Shown here piece after piece: positions 35,642 to 45,188 of a stretch of 47,851 bases of DNA. Position numbers and translations under genes: made by a program. The notes under the pieces are model-generated. The model was not told where the DNA came from, ran no database searches, and saw only the letters and a list, made by a program, of their open reading frames with translations. Source of the DNA: Ignavibacteria bacterium UBA961 (GTDB taxonomy: Bacteria > Bacteroidota > Ignavibacteria > Kapaibacteriales > UBA961); NCBI GenBank assembly GCA_002293005.1, contig DBCJ01000128.1:6204-54054 (forward strand). Direction: 5' to 3'. Each line of letters starts with the position of its first letter. Position 1 is the stretch's first letter.

Positions 35642-36412
35642 CTATGGTAATGTAAATTGAGCACTCGCCCCATTTGCGTTCACATTCCAGAAAATTGTTT
35701 TTTTAGTGATTGGGTCAATTGCGAAATACGATTCATCCGCAGTTGCTTCAAATCGTAAGATTGGAAAGCCGGCGAAATAGATGATTTTACCAGATACTAA
35801 ACCTGAATCATAAAAGCGTGATAATGGAATTCGAATGCTTCCGATTGAATTTCCGGGTTCAATGATTAGACCAATATCCGTGAACACATATCGATTGCGT
35901 TGTAATGGATCAATTACATTGGAATCAATATAGAGGATAACTCTTCGCTGAACATCTGTTATTTGATTGATTCTACAGAGTATTTCCAAGCTGTCATCCT
36001 CAATCTCAATTGAAATTGAATCAACTGTAAATGGTGGAATTTGAACTAATGTGATCGGATTTACTATGACCGGCATGGCTCCATCGGAGCGCACTGAAAA
36101 TCGTTTGACATTTGAATATCCCGGCTTGGAATACAATATGGTATAAGTGCCTTTGGGTATGAGATTTAAAGTCCATCTACCGGCTGTATCAGTTAAAGTC
36201 TCAAATCCGGTGCCTTCAAGTTTGACGAGTACCAAATTCTTGTTTATGGCAAATGAGTTATCTTCTGAAAGAAGTCTTACGGTTCCCCTTAATTGGCTTC
36301 CCGGTAATTCATCCGGTGATATTACTCTGCTGTCCATGCATCCCATGCTGGAAAGAATAGTGGCAATCACAATTGTGATATGCAGGAAATATCTGTGGAT
36401 TATATAAATCAT
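35642..36412 (-). CDS. probable lipoprotein with a carboxypeptidase-regulatory-like (CarboxypepD_reg) beta-sandwich domain
   Basis: 256-aa ORF with a hydrophobic N-terminus ending ...ILSSMGC. LRGTVRLL...VKLEGTGFETLTDTAGRWTLNLIPKGTYTILYSKPGY fits the CarboxypepD_reg pattern. The gene sits 36 nt upstream of the S8 protease gene on the same strand. Confidence 0.55.
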   Translation of the reverse strand: MIYIIHRYFLHITIVIATILSSMGCMDSRVISPDELPGSQLRGTVRLLSEDNSFAINKNLVLVKLEGTGFETLTDTAGRWTLNLIPKGTYTILYSKPGYSNVKRFSVRSDGAMPVIVNPITLVQIPPFTVDSISIEIEDDSLEILCRINQITDVQRRVILYIDSNVIDPLQRNRYVFTDIGLIIEPGNSIGSIRIPLSRFYDSGLVSGKIIYFAGFPILRFEATADESYFAIDPITKKTIFWNVNANGASAQFTLP

Positions 36413-36520
36413 GGCTTAAATTACAGAATTTAGGACATCAGAGAAAGGGAATACTGATTGTCGTTTCCTTGTGATAAGTGTATCTTTGTGCTGATTTTTC
36501 CAACATTATTTCAGTTGAAA

Positions 36521-37561
36521 ATGATATTGTTACTTGTCCTTACACTCTTCATGCAAATCGAATTAAATGGTCAGGGAAGACCACTCAATGAGAATGAATA
36601 TCTTCCGCAAGAAAAACGCCTGAAAAACATTCAAATGCTCACATTTGAAGGAGAGAATGCTGAGGCATATCTTTCCTATGATAATGCTTCTCTGGTCTTT
36701 CAAAGAAGGGGTCCTGATGAATCATGTGATCAAATCTATGTGATGGATATCACAGGTAATCACATGAAAAGGGTTTCCAATGGTCAAGGCAGAACAACTT
36801 GCTCATATTTCCTTCCTGATGGCTCAATCATTTATGCAACGACTGCATATAATGATCCAATCTGTCCTCCACCTCCTGATTTTTCCAAAGGTTATGTATG
36901 GCCACTATATCCAACATATGATATCGTTCGAGCTGATACTGCAACAGGAAAGATTCTATCCACAATTATCAAGGGAAATAATTATGATGCCGAGGCAACA
37001 GTTTCTCCAGATGGAAAGACTATAGTTTATACTGCAATCATCGATGATGATATTGAATTATTTACCTGTAATGTTGATGGAACCAATATTCGAAGAATCA
37101 CCCATGCGCCCGGTTATGATGGAGGTGCTTTCTTTAGTCCTGATGGCAAGAAGATCGTATTCAGAGCTTCAAGGCCGACAGGACAAGATCTTGAAAAACA
37201 TACCGCACTTGTGCGTGAAAATCTTGTACGACCTTCAAAACTTGATATCTATGTCATGGATATTGATGGTTCCAATATTGTTCGGGTTACAAATAATGGA
37301 GCCGCGAATTTTGCTCCTTTCATGCACCCAGATGGAAAACGCATCATATTTTGCTCAAACATGGATGATGCAAAAGGCAGAAATTTTGATTTATTTCTGA
37401 TCAATATTGATGGAACAGGACTGGAACGCATCACATATTCAGGCGAATTTGATGGTTTTCCGATGTTTACATCCGATGGAAAAAAACTGGTCTTTTGTTC
37501 AAATCGACTGAATAAAAAGTCAGGCGATACCAATGTCTTCATTGCCGATTGGAATGATTAA
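36521..37561 (+). CDS. TolB-like periplasmic beta-propeller protein (PD40/WD40-like repeats)
   Basis: Repeated PD40 motifs: VSPDGKTIVYTA, FSPDGKKIVFRASR, MHPDGKRIIFCSN, FTSDGKKLVFCSNR. Signal-like N-terminus from ATG 36521 (MILLLVLTLFMQ...). No peptidase domain follows. Confidence 0.75.
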   Translation: MILLLVLTLFMQIELNGQGRPLNENEYLPQEKRLKNIQMLTFEGENAEAYLSYDNASLVFQRRGPDESCDQIYVMDITGNHMKRVSNGQGRTTCSYFLPDGSIIYATTAYNDPICPPPPDFSKGYVWPLYPTYDIVRADTATGKILSTIIKGNNYDAEATVSPDGKTIVYTAIIDDDIELFTCNVDGTNIRRITHAPGYDGGAFFSPDGKKIVFRASRPTGQDLEKHTALVRENLVRPSKLDIYVMDIDGSNIVRVTNNGAANFAPFMHPDGKRIIFCSNMDDAKGRNFDLFLINIDGTGLERITYSGEFDGFPMFTSDGKKLVFCSNRLNKKSGDTNVFIADWND

Positions 37562-37585
37562 TCCTCACTTTTGGATGCTGTAATT

Positions 37586-38893
37586 ATGCATGCACAACAT
37601 GTCAATAAACCTTGGTGGCATATATCACTGACCAAGCAAATTCTCTTTGGACTTGTCTTTGGAGTTTTTCTCGGTTGGATTGCTCCCGAGTTTTCATCTT
37701 CACTTTCATTCATGAGAGATATCTTTCTCAATTTGATCAAGTCCATCATTGCTCCATTGGTTTTTTCAACAATCGTTATTGGAATTGCCGGTGGCGGAGA
37801 CTTGAAAAAAGTGGGAAGAATGGGGGCAAAGTCGATTTTGTATTTCGAGATTGTGACTACGATTGCTTTATTCCTTGGACTTGCTGTGGTCAATATCGTA
37901 CAACCTGGACATGGAATCGTACTGAATGGTGATCCGGGATCACTCGGAATCATCGCACAAAATCATCCTAAAACACTGATTGAAACCATAGTACATGTCT
38001 TTCCTTCCAGCATCATCGATGCAATGGCCAAAGGTGATGTACTGCAAATAGTCGCATTTTCCATTCTTTTTGCAATGGCATTGACTGCCATTGGAGACCG
38101 CGGAAAGCCGATTGTGGCAATGTGCGATTCACTTGCGCAAATCATGTTCAAATTCACAGGATTTATCATGATGTTTGCCCCATTTGGAGTTGGCGCGGCA
38201 ATGGCAGTTACAATTAGTCATCAAGGATTGGGCGTTCTTGCAAATTTGGGAATGTTGGTATTATCACTCTATATAGCACTCGTCATTTTTGTAGTACTCG
38301 TTCTCGGTGCAGTGGTTCTTCTTTTCCGCGTACCTCTCAAGCCATTTCTTAAAGCGGTGCGAGAACCATTTATTCTTGCATTTGTTACCACAAGCAGTGA
38401 ATCAGCTCTTCCCAAAGCAATGCAAAATATGGAGCGACTCGGTGTTCCAAAGCGCATTGTTGGATTTGTGATGCCAACCGGCTATAGTTTCAATCTCGAT
38501 GGAACAACACTTTATCTGGCCATGGCTTCGGTATTTGTTGCACAGGCGGCTGCTACAACCATTCCGGGATTCACATTCACATTCGAACAGCAAATCATGA
38601 TGATGTTATCACTCATGATCACTTCAAAAGGTGTTGCTGCAGTTCCTAGGGCTTCACTAGTCATATTGCTGGCTACTCTTTCTTCTTTTTTACCACCAGG
38701 TATTGGTGCTCTTGGCGTTGCAATGATTTTTGGGATTGATGAATTGATGGATATGGCCAGAACTTCGGTCAATCTACTTGGCAATTGTTTGGCAACAGTT
38801 GTTATTGCACGTTGGGAAGGTGAATTCAATGATGAGAAAGCAGATGTGTTTGGAACGGATCAAGAGATCTTGGATCCTGCGCTCATGCAATAA
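37586..38893 (+). CDS. dicarboxylate/amino acid:cation symporter (DAACS, GltP/DctA family)
   Basis: Multi-pass membrane protein with DAACS hallmarks (SSESALP-type HP1 region TTSSESALPK, NLDGT-type segment GYSFNLDGTTLY, and IDELMDMARTSVNLLGN near the C-terminus). The ATG at 37586 is preferred over the TTG at 37571. Confidence 0.85.
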   Translation: MHAQHVNKPWWHISLTKQILFGLVFGVFLGWIAPEFSSSLSFMRDIFLNLIKSIIAPLVFSTIVIGIAGGGDLKKVGRMGAKSILYFEIVTTIALFLGLAVVNIVQPGHGIVLNGDPGSLGIIAQNHPKTLIETIVHVFPSSIIDAMAKGDVLQIVAFSILFAMALTAIGDRGKPIVAMCDSLAQIMFKFTGFIMMFAPFGVGAAMAVTISHQGLGVLANLGMLVLSLYIALVIFVVLVLGAVVLLFRVPLKPFLKAVREPFILAFVTTSSESALPKAMQNMERLGVPKRIVGFVMPTGYSFNLDGTTLYLAMASVFVAQAAATTIPGFTFTFEQQIMMMLSLMITSKGVAAVPRASLVILLATLSSFLPPGIGALGVAMIFGIDELMDMARTSVNLLGNCLATVVIARWEGEFNDEKADVFGTDQEILDPALMQ

Positions 38894-39989
38894 TGCGAGG
38901 CACTCTTGCTGAAATTGCTGTAGTGATTTCATATGGAATGGTATTGAGCAGAGAAGCCAAATCTTCGGCACTTTGCTCGGTACCATTGTCATTTCCGATG
39001 AAGGTTACTGTTGATCCTGCCTGAATATTCGAATCACCCAAATCAACCATGCATTCATCCATGCAGATATTTCCAACGATTGGAAATTTCATTCCATTGA
39101 TGATACATTGCAATTTACCCGTCAATCCACGGAATAAACCATCACCATAGCCAATAGGTATGGTTCCAATGATTGTATCCTTTTCGGCAATGAATGATCT
39201 GCCATAGGAAACTGATTCGCCTTGTTTGACTTTGCGAATCGACATCACGGTTGAATGTAATGAAAGTATGGGTCGTAAACCGGGGAATAATCCTTTTACG
39301 GGGGAATAGCCATAGATGGAAAGTCCGGGCCTTGCAAGATTTCCAATATTCTCAGGAATGCGCATGAGTGCGGCAGAATTACCGATATGAGTGAATTCAG
39401 GATTCAGATTCAAGGCTTCCAATTCTTTCAAACATGCGGTAAACAAATCTTTCTGCTTTAGCATGAATGACATATCATCGGCATCTGCTGTGGCAAAATG
39501 AGTGCAAATACCTTTCCAATGCAAACCCGGGGTTTGAAGGATTGCTTGTACCATCGTGACTGTTTCTTCAGGCATGATTCCATCACGATGCATTCCTGTA
39601 TCAATAAAGACATGCACAGGAATTCTGGTATTTCTTGACAATGACTTTTGATTCAAGGTCGAAATTGTATCTCGAGAACAGATGATTGTCTCAATTCCAT
39701 ATTCGATCAAAGCATCCAATTCTTCAGGTTCGGGAGGAGTCATCAAAATGATCGGCATTGTAATTCCTGCCTTACGAATCATAACTCCTTCGGATGCAAA
39801 TGCAATTCCCAGAAAATCAATACCTTCTTCTTGTGCAATTCTTGAGCAATCTATGATGCCATGTCCATAAGCATTGGCTTTGACCATGGCCATGATTGCA
39901 GTGCCTTCCGGAAGGTTTTCCCTGATGATGCGAATATTCGATCTCAGTGCATCTGAATTGATGAGAGCATATGTTGAGCGAGTTGACAT
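38883..39989 (-). CDS. alr: alanine racemase
   Basis: 368-aa ORF with the PLP-Lys motif AMVKANAYGHG, plus PIGYGDG and the C-terminal ICMDECMVDL block. Confidence 0.92.
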   Translation of the reverse strand: MSTRSTYALINSDALRSNIRIIRENLPEGTAIMAMVKANAYGHGIIDCSRIAQEEGIDFLGIAFASEGVMIRKAGITMPIILMTPPEPEELDALIEYGIETIICSRDTISTLNQKSLSRNTRIPVHVFIDTGMHRDGIMPEETVTMVQAILQTPGLHWKGICTHFATADADDMSFMLKQKDLFTACLKELEALNLNPEFTHIGNSAALMRIPENIGNLARPGLSIYGYSPVKGLFPGLRPILSLHSTVMSIRKVKQGESVSYGRSFIAEKDTIIGTIPIGYGDGLFRGLTGKLQCIINGMKFPIVGNICMDECMVDLGDSNIQAGSTVTFIGNDNGTEQSAEDLASLLNTIPYEITTAISARVPRIIA

Positions 39990-39994
39990 ATCAA

Positions 39995-41086
39995 TCAGAG
40001 AAGTTGTTCTTTGTTTTGATCACGCAAAGCAGTCACAATGGATTTTACTTCTTGTGCTTTGTCCGTTGGACATACCATGATTGCATCGGGAGTGGAAATG
40101 ATAGTCATGCCGGTGACTGAATGTGTCGTAAGCATTACTTCGGGATTAGCATTCCAAACTATGCTGTCTTTTACATCGATCGCCAAACAATTTCCTGAGA
40201 TGATATTGCCTGATATATCTGTATCACCAAGTCTTGACAAAGCATCCCAAGAGCCGACATCATCCCATGTGAAAGAAGCAGGAAGAACCACCACATTTTT
40301 GATTCTTTCCATGATACCATAATCAATGGATGTTGCTTCCAATTGACCAAATGAATCTGTGATCTGCATGGAAGAAAGCGAATGTCCATTCAAAAGACAA
40401 TCATAGAGAGATTCCATGGCAGTGAATGAATCAGGCATGGCAATATTCATGGCTTCGGCAAATGTGTCGAGTCTGTAAAAGAACATCCCGCTATTCCAGT
40501 AAAAACCTCCTTTGGAAATATATGCAAGTGCATCTTCCATCTTGGGTTTTTCTCTGAAACTTTGCACGACTTTCAAATCGCCATCACCTATTGATTCACC
40601 GGATTCAATATATCCATAGCCCGTTTCGGGTCTAGAAGGCGGTATTCCAAATGTCACGATGTCTTTATGTTCTGATGCATGATCGAGAGCTTTACGGATA
40701 TCTGAAGCAAATACTTCGGCAGGTCTGATGAAATGATCTGCGGTAAACACACCAATCGTCAATTCACTTGCAGGTATTTGAAATCTGGAGCGTATGATTG
40801 CATATCCAAGCGCCAAACATGGAGCTGTATTCCTTTTAGCCGGTTCGGCGATGATATTTTCTTGTGGAATATCAGGCAAGGCTTGAATGATTGCATCCTT
40901 TAAAATCTCACCGGTGATGATGAAGATTTGCTCTTTGGGAATGACATGTGCAATTCTATCAACTGCTTCGGAAAGCATGGTTTGATTGGAGAATAGCGTT
41001 AGCAATTGCTTGGGATGATGTTTTCTGCTCAATGGCCAAAAGCGTTCACCCGAACCGCCTGCCATGATGAGTGCTATGTGCTTCAT
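39995..41086 (-). CDS. manC: mannose-1-phosphate guanylyltransferase (short form, no PMI/cupin domain)
   Basis: MKHIALIMAGGSGERFWPLSR..HPKQLL is the ManC-type G-loop. The start is set at ATG 41086, which overlaps the asd stop (ATGA at 41083..41086). The track extension to 41167 lies inside asd. Confidence 0.85.
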   Translation of the reverse strand: MKHIALIMAGGSGERFWPLSRKHHPKQLLTLFSNQTMLSEAVDRIAHVIPKEQIFIITGEILKDAIIQALPDIPQENIIAEPAKRNTAPCLALGYAIIRSRFQIPASELTIGVFTADHFIRPAEVFASDIRKALDHASEHKDIVTFGIPPSRPETGYGYIESGESIGDGDLKVVQSFREKPKMEDALAYISKGGFYWNSGMFFYRLDTFAEAMNIAMPDSFTAMESLYDCLLNGHSLSSMQITDSFGQLEATSIDYGIMERIKNVVVLPASFTWDDVGSWDALSRLGDTDISGNIISGNCLAIDVKDSIVWNANPEVMLTTHSVTGMTIISTPDAIMVCPTDKAQEVKSIVTALRDQNKEQLL

Positions 41087-42081
41087 GATGATTTCTTGAT
41101 GAGTAATTCTGCAATTTGAATGGCATTGGTGGCAGCGCCTTTTCGAAGATTGTCTGCCACAACCCATAATTGTAAACCTGCCGGATTGTCTGCATCTTTT
41201 CTGATGCGTCCAACAAATACATCGTCTTTTCCGCTTGCCATGATCGGAGTTGGGAAAGCATCTGCCACAGCATCATCAATCACGGTCAAACCCGGAAATC
41301 CTGAAAGACATTCATGGATATCATCTATGGTCCATGATTTCTCAAGTTCCACATAGACAGATTCGCCATGTCCACCGGTTGATGGGATGCGTACACATGT
41401 GACTGCAATTGGTAAATCAGGCATGGAGTAGATTCTGCGAATCTCTCTTTTCATCTTGAGTTCTTCTTCAGTATCGCTTCCGCGAATATCATTCGGCCTG
41501 GAATGAAAAACCGTATTGAATGCAAGTTGATGTGATGAGATTCGATCTTTGGGAATGCGACCCTGCAATTCATCTTGTAATTGATCAATGCCTTTTTGTC
41601 CGGCACCGGAAACAGATTGATAGGTTGATACTATCATGCGTTTCAATCCGAATTTCTTTCGAATCGGTTCAAGAGCAACGACTAATTGAATGGTGGAGCA
41701 ATTTGGATTGGCGATGATGCCATGGTGGAGCATGGCATCATCCGGATTGACTTCCGGTACCACAAGGGGTATATCGGGTTCCATTCGGTAGGCGGAGGAA
41801 TTATCAATCACGGTACATCCCGCTTTTACCGCAATCGGTGCGTAAGCACTACTAAGTACTCCGCCTGCCGAAAAGAGCGCAATATCAATGGCCTCAAAAG
41901 AGTGCTCATTCAGTTCTTGTACCGTGAGCCGCGAACCGCGAAATTCCATTGTTGTTCCTGCGGATCTTTCCGAGGCAAGCAATGTGAGTGAATCTACGGG
42001 GAAGTTTTTTTCTTCCAATACTTTGAGCATCGTTCTTCCAACCAAACCGGTTGCTCCAACGATCGCCATCTTGAATCCCAT
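41083..42081 (-). CDS. asd: aspartate-semialdehyde dehydrogenase
   Basis: 332-aa ORF with Rossmann N-terminus AIVGATGLVGR, active-site Cys in NPNCSTIQ and SGAGQKG. Confidence 0.92.
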   Translation of the reverse strand: MGFKMAIVGATGLVGRTMLKVLEEKNFPVDSLTLLASERSAGTTMEFRGSRLTVQELNEHSFEAIDIALFSAGGVLSSAYAPIAVKAGCTVIDNSSAYRMEPDIPLVVPEVNPDDAMLHHGIIANPNCSTIQLVVALEPIRKKFGLKRMIVSTYQSVSGAGQKGIDQLQDELQGRIPKDRISSHQLAFNTVFHSRPNDIRGSDTEEELKMKREIRRIYSMPDLPIAVTCVRIPSTGGHGESVYVELEKSWTIDDIHECLSGFPGLTVIDDAVADAFPTPIMASGKDDVFVGRIRKDADNPAGLQLWVVADNLRKGAATNAIQIAELLIKKSS

Positions 42082-42183
42082 GTGATCTTTATGCTGCTGT
42101 AAATTGAGGGAATTAAAATGCTCGCAAATATATGTAATTACTTTGAGTTCTGTTCATTTTCATAAAAAACATTCTCATGTTTT

Positions 42184-43626
42184 TTAGAGTATGCGCATTC
42201 GTTTCCAAAATGGAATCGTTGTCGTGAATGTTGAATATGATTCTTCTGCATGAATGCGTGTGATATTGAATGTACCATAGCCATGAAATTCCATCCATTC
42301 GGCAATCCAATCTATCGCATCTTCTGCATGTATGATTGTAGCCAAAAGAAAGAGTGCTGTATCTTTATTGATGATGATTCCTGATCCTGATTGAAGAGAA
42401 GGAATCACATGTTCATCATGACCAATAGCTTCCTCGAGGAATGCAATGAGAATCTTTTTGTATTCTTTCAAAGCATGATCTGATGGGGTGTTGCAGGCAA
42501 TGGGTTTGATTTGTTCAGCAATCAAGAGATTGAGCAATCCATCCTGAACTTGTGATTTATCACGGTTGAGTGAAGAAGATATCATGCTTGCTGTAGAATA
42601 TCCTGATTCCAATTCACCAATGATGGGAAGATGTGATTCATCATCCAATGTAATTATTCTGCATCCCGGCAATGCAATGTCATGTAGATAAATGTCATGA
42701 GAAAACACTCTGCCAAAATGTATATGGTCATATGGATTTTCTATGTCTCTGGCACCCTTGGCATAGATATCCCAGCGAAACATCGTATTTCGTATGAGAT
42801 CTTTATATGTCTCAAATTGAATCAGATCTTCACCGATATCAAGTATTTCTTCGAATCCCTCTGGTAATGCGATCTCGCCGATATTCAGAAAGAACGGCAA
42901 TTGTCCGGCAAATGTCAATCCTAAATCATTCATTTTCACATTCATTTCTTTGAACCACAAAGGAGTCCAATGATCTGCATAATATTCATGAATGATATAA
43001 CGCATGTCATGTTTGGACAATTCTTCGATGAATGCACCGGCCGAAGGAACAACTTTCATGTATTCACTTTGCTTTTCATGCATCCATTGAAGAAAGCCGA
43101 TTCCTTGTTCCGCATTCTGAAAGGGATCATCGGAAAGATGCATGGAATATTCTCTGAACATCATTCGCAATGGCTCAAACACATGCCATCCCGGATAGGC
43201 ATTATAGCTTACCAAGGCAAGTCCATTCTGAGTCAAAGAACCTTCGATGATACGATGAATAGCTGCTCTGACGGGTTCATGCACCCATGTATATAATCCA
43301 TGCATGACGATATAATCGAAGGCGGGAAGCGATGTGACAGTCGTGATATCAGCACATTGGAATATGCAGTTCTTTATACCAAGTTTTTCGGCTCTGTCTT
43401 TTGCAAATGCAATATGTTCTTCATTGAAATCAATGCCGGTAAACATTGCATCCGGATTGGCAGAGGCAAAAATGAGTAATGAATGACCTGTTCCGCATCC
43501 AAGTTCACAATAGGTGAATGCTTGTACATCTGGCACTTGAAAACCGCGCATCAAAGCAGTGCATCGAATTGCATGTGGATTCAATTCACTGAAAAAAGTG
43601 TCTGTATAGGGTATTTTGTCGAGCAT
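42184..43626 (-). CDS. class I SAM-dependent methyltransferase with a C-terminal methyltransferase-regulatory-type domain
   Basis: SAM motif I YCELGCGTGHS, motif post-I GIDFN and ADI. The long (~280 aa) C-terminal extension resembles the 'methyltransferase regulatory domain' architecture. The start is set at ATG 43626, 5 nt after the dacB stop. The track start at 43776 lies inside dacB. Confidence 0.7.
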   Translation of the reverse strand: MLDKIPYTDTFFSELNPHAIRCTALMRGFQVPDVQAFTYCELGCGTGHSLLIFASANPDAMFTGIDFNEEHIAFAKDRAEKLGIKNCIFQCADITTVTSLPAFDYIVMHGLYTWVHEPVRAAIHRIIEGSLTQNGLALVSYNAYPGWHVFEPLRMMFREYSMHLSDDPFQNAEQGIGFLQWMHEKQSEYMKVVPSAGAFIEELSKHDMRYIIHEYYADHWTPLWFKEMNVKMNDLGLTFAGQLPFFLNIGEIALPEGFEEILDIGEDLIQFETYKDLIRNTMFRWDIYAKGARDIENPYDHIHFGRVFSHDIYLHDIALPGCRIITLDDESHLPIIGELESGYSTASMISSSLNRDKSQVQDGLLNLLIAEQIKPIACNTPSDHALKEYKKILIAFLEEAIGHDEHVIPSLQSGSGIIINKDTALFLLATIIHAEDAIDWIAEWMEFHGYGTFNITRIHAEESYSTFTTTIPFWKRMRIL

Positions 43627-43631
43627 TGAAA

Positions 43632-45188
43632 TTATTTTCGGGTAAAACTTGCCAAGCGCATGCAAATCATGTCTTGAATATTCCGAATTATTCCGTCGGG
43701 TACGGTAAATCCATTGATCATAATGGAGAATGCCAAGTCTTCGCCATCTCTGGTAATTGCATATCCTGAAAGACATGATACATTGTTCATGGACCCTGTT
43801 TTTGCGATTACTTGTTGTTGTGCAAGTGATTTGAGCATGCGATTATTCAAAGTACCCGGCATGCCCGGTTTGGCAAGTGATGCTCTGAAGACTTCTTTAT
43901 ATGTGGATCTATGAACCTTCGAGAGTAATGTTGTTTGTTGTTGCGCGCTGAGCAGATTCAATCGGGATAATCCTGAGCCATCAACGATTGAGCATTGCTC
44001 CGGCATGATTCCAATTGAGGAAAGATATTTTTTGATGCTCTCGGATCCCTTTGAAAAAGACCCTTCGCCGAATTGTTCTTTACCCATAGTCTTGAATAGC
44101 ATATCCGCTCCAAGATTATGACTAAATGTATTGATGATTCCGATGATGGAGGAAATCGGTGGCGATACATGAGTGAATATTTGTTTCAACTCAACATAAT
44201 TGATCGGCCCATCGATCAATTCATTTTGAAGAAGTGAGCCACGAATTCGTATTCCCATTTTTTCAAGTCTTTGCTTGAATACGTGTAAAAAGTACTGTAC
44301 GGGATCATCTATGCTAAGACCGATTGAAGTTGATGGATCTGCATTCGTTTTTTTTGTGGATGAGGTCAGATCGGGAAGCGCAATCGCTCCTTGAATATCA
44401 ATGACTCCTGAGCGTGGATCAGAGTCAGTTTCCAAAACCGTGGGTGTATTTGATTGAACTGTCATCACATTATTTACAATTCTCAGATATGAATTGTCAG
44501 GAATTATTGTCAGGCGTGAATAATCTCCGGCCTTGACTCCAGGCTTGAATGATAATTCAACTTTATTATCATAAAAGGAAATTGCAGAAATAGGCGCTGA
44601 ATATGGATAGGGAACATCATCAATTGCCCAGCCCGGACCAAATGATTCATTGTCAAAATATCCATGATCAAGAATGATATTTCCTTTGATGGATTTTATG
44701 CGCAGTGAGTCAAGTTTGAGAGCAATATTATCCAAAATTACAGTTGGATCCTTCATGTACATCAAGCTCATGCTTGGGTCACCCGAAGCACGAATAATTA
44801 TATCACCATCCAATTCACCGGAATCTTTGATTGTACCATCAATGTATATGCGAGTGGCATAATGAAAGTCCGAACCTAATACTTCCAATCCGGCGGCCGT
44901 GGTAAAAAGCTTCAAAGTTGAAGCGGGGATCAATAAAATATTGGGATTTTTCTTGTAGAAGGTTTCCCCGGTTTCAAGATTGATGACAGAAATACCAATC
45001 GATGCATTCGATAATTCGGATACTGAAAGAATGTCTTCCAAATCTTCTTGCAAATGCCGAATGGCGAATTGTCCATTTTGTTGTTTTTTGTCAATCTTGA
45101 TGGAATCAGAACTTTGCTTATTGGATTGAGCAAATGTGTTCGAAAATGCAATGAGTAAAGCCGAAATGGCATAAAAAAGAGTTTTCAT
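43632..45188 (-). CDS. dacB: D-alanyl-D-alanine carboxypeptidase/endopeptidase (PBP4, peptidase S13)
   Basis: Signal peptide MKTLFYAISALLIAFSNTFA. Motifs are SxxK (PASTLKLFT), SxN (FSHNLGADM) and KTG (VIAKTGSM), with S13 spacing including the inserted domain. The ATG at 45188 overlaps the upstream stop (ATGA at 45185..45188). Confidence 0.85.
   Translation of the reverse strand: MKTLFYAISALLIAFSNTFAQSNKQSSDSIKIDKKQQNGQFAIRHLQEDLEDILSVSELSNASIGISVINLETGETFYKKNPNILLIPASTLKLFTTAAGLEVLGSDFHYATRIYIDGTIKDSGELDGDIIIRASGDPSMSLMYMKDPTVILDNIALKLDSLRIKSIKGNIILDHGYFDNESFGPGWAIDDVPYPYSAPISAISFYDNKVELSFKPGVKAGDYSRLTIIPDNSYLRIVNNVMTVQSNTPTVLETDSDPRSGVIDIQGAIALPDLTSSTKKTNADPSTSIGLSIDDPVQYFLHVFKQRLEKMGIRIRGSLLQNELIDGPINYVELKQIFTHVSPPISSIIGIINTFSHNLGADMLFKTMGKEQFGEGSFSKGSESIKKYLSSIGIMPEQCSIVDGSGLSRLNLLSAQQQTTLLSKVHRSTYKEVFRASLAKPGMPGTLNNRMLKSLAQQQVIAKTGSMNNVSCLSGYAITRDGEDLAFSIMINGFTVPDGIIRNIQDMICMRLASFTRK

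Noticed and set aside
37558-37953. 131-aa minus-strand ORF and 106-aa plus-strand ORF (37612..37932) overlapping the 5' end of the DAACS transporter gene
   Set aside because: They are antisense or alternate-frame to a transporter whose membrane-helix pattern is continuous through this region. There is no signal of independent coding.
41087-41167. 27-codon extension of the manC ORF inside asd, and the analogous 47-codon extension of meaB (26746..26886) that overlaps the divergent OmpA-like gene
   Set aside because: In both cases an internal ATG (41086, 26745) immediately precedes the conserved family N-terminus and removes an implausible overlap.
42164-42185. Perfect 9-bp palindrome AAAAAACAT-TCTC-ATGTTTTTT spanning the methyltransferase stop codon, a possible terminator or attenuator before asd
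   Set aside because: The stem is almost entirely A-U pairs with one G-C, so it is thermodynamically very weak. In AT-rich DNA such palindromes arise easily. I did not call it as a feature.
43627-43776. 50-codon N-terminal extension of the methyltransferase ORF, running into dacB
   Set aside because: The extension is Arg/Trp-rich and junk-like. The ATG at 43626 gives a tidy 5-nt spacing after the dacB stop and precedes the conserved methyltransferase N-terminus.
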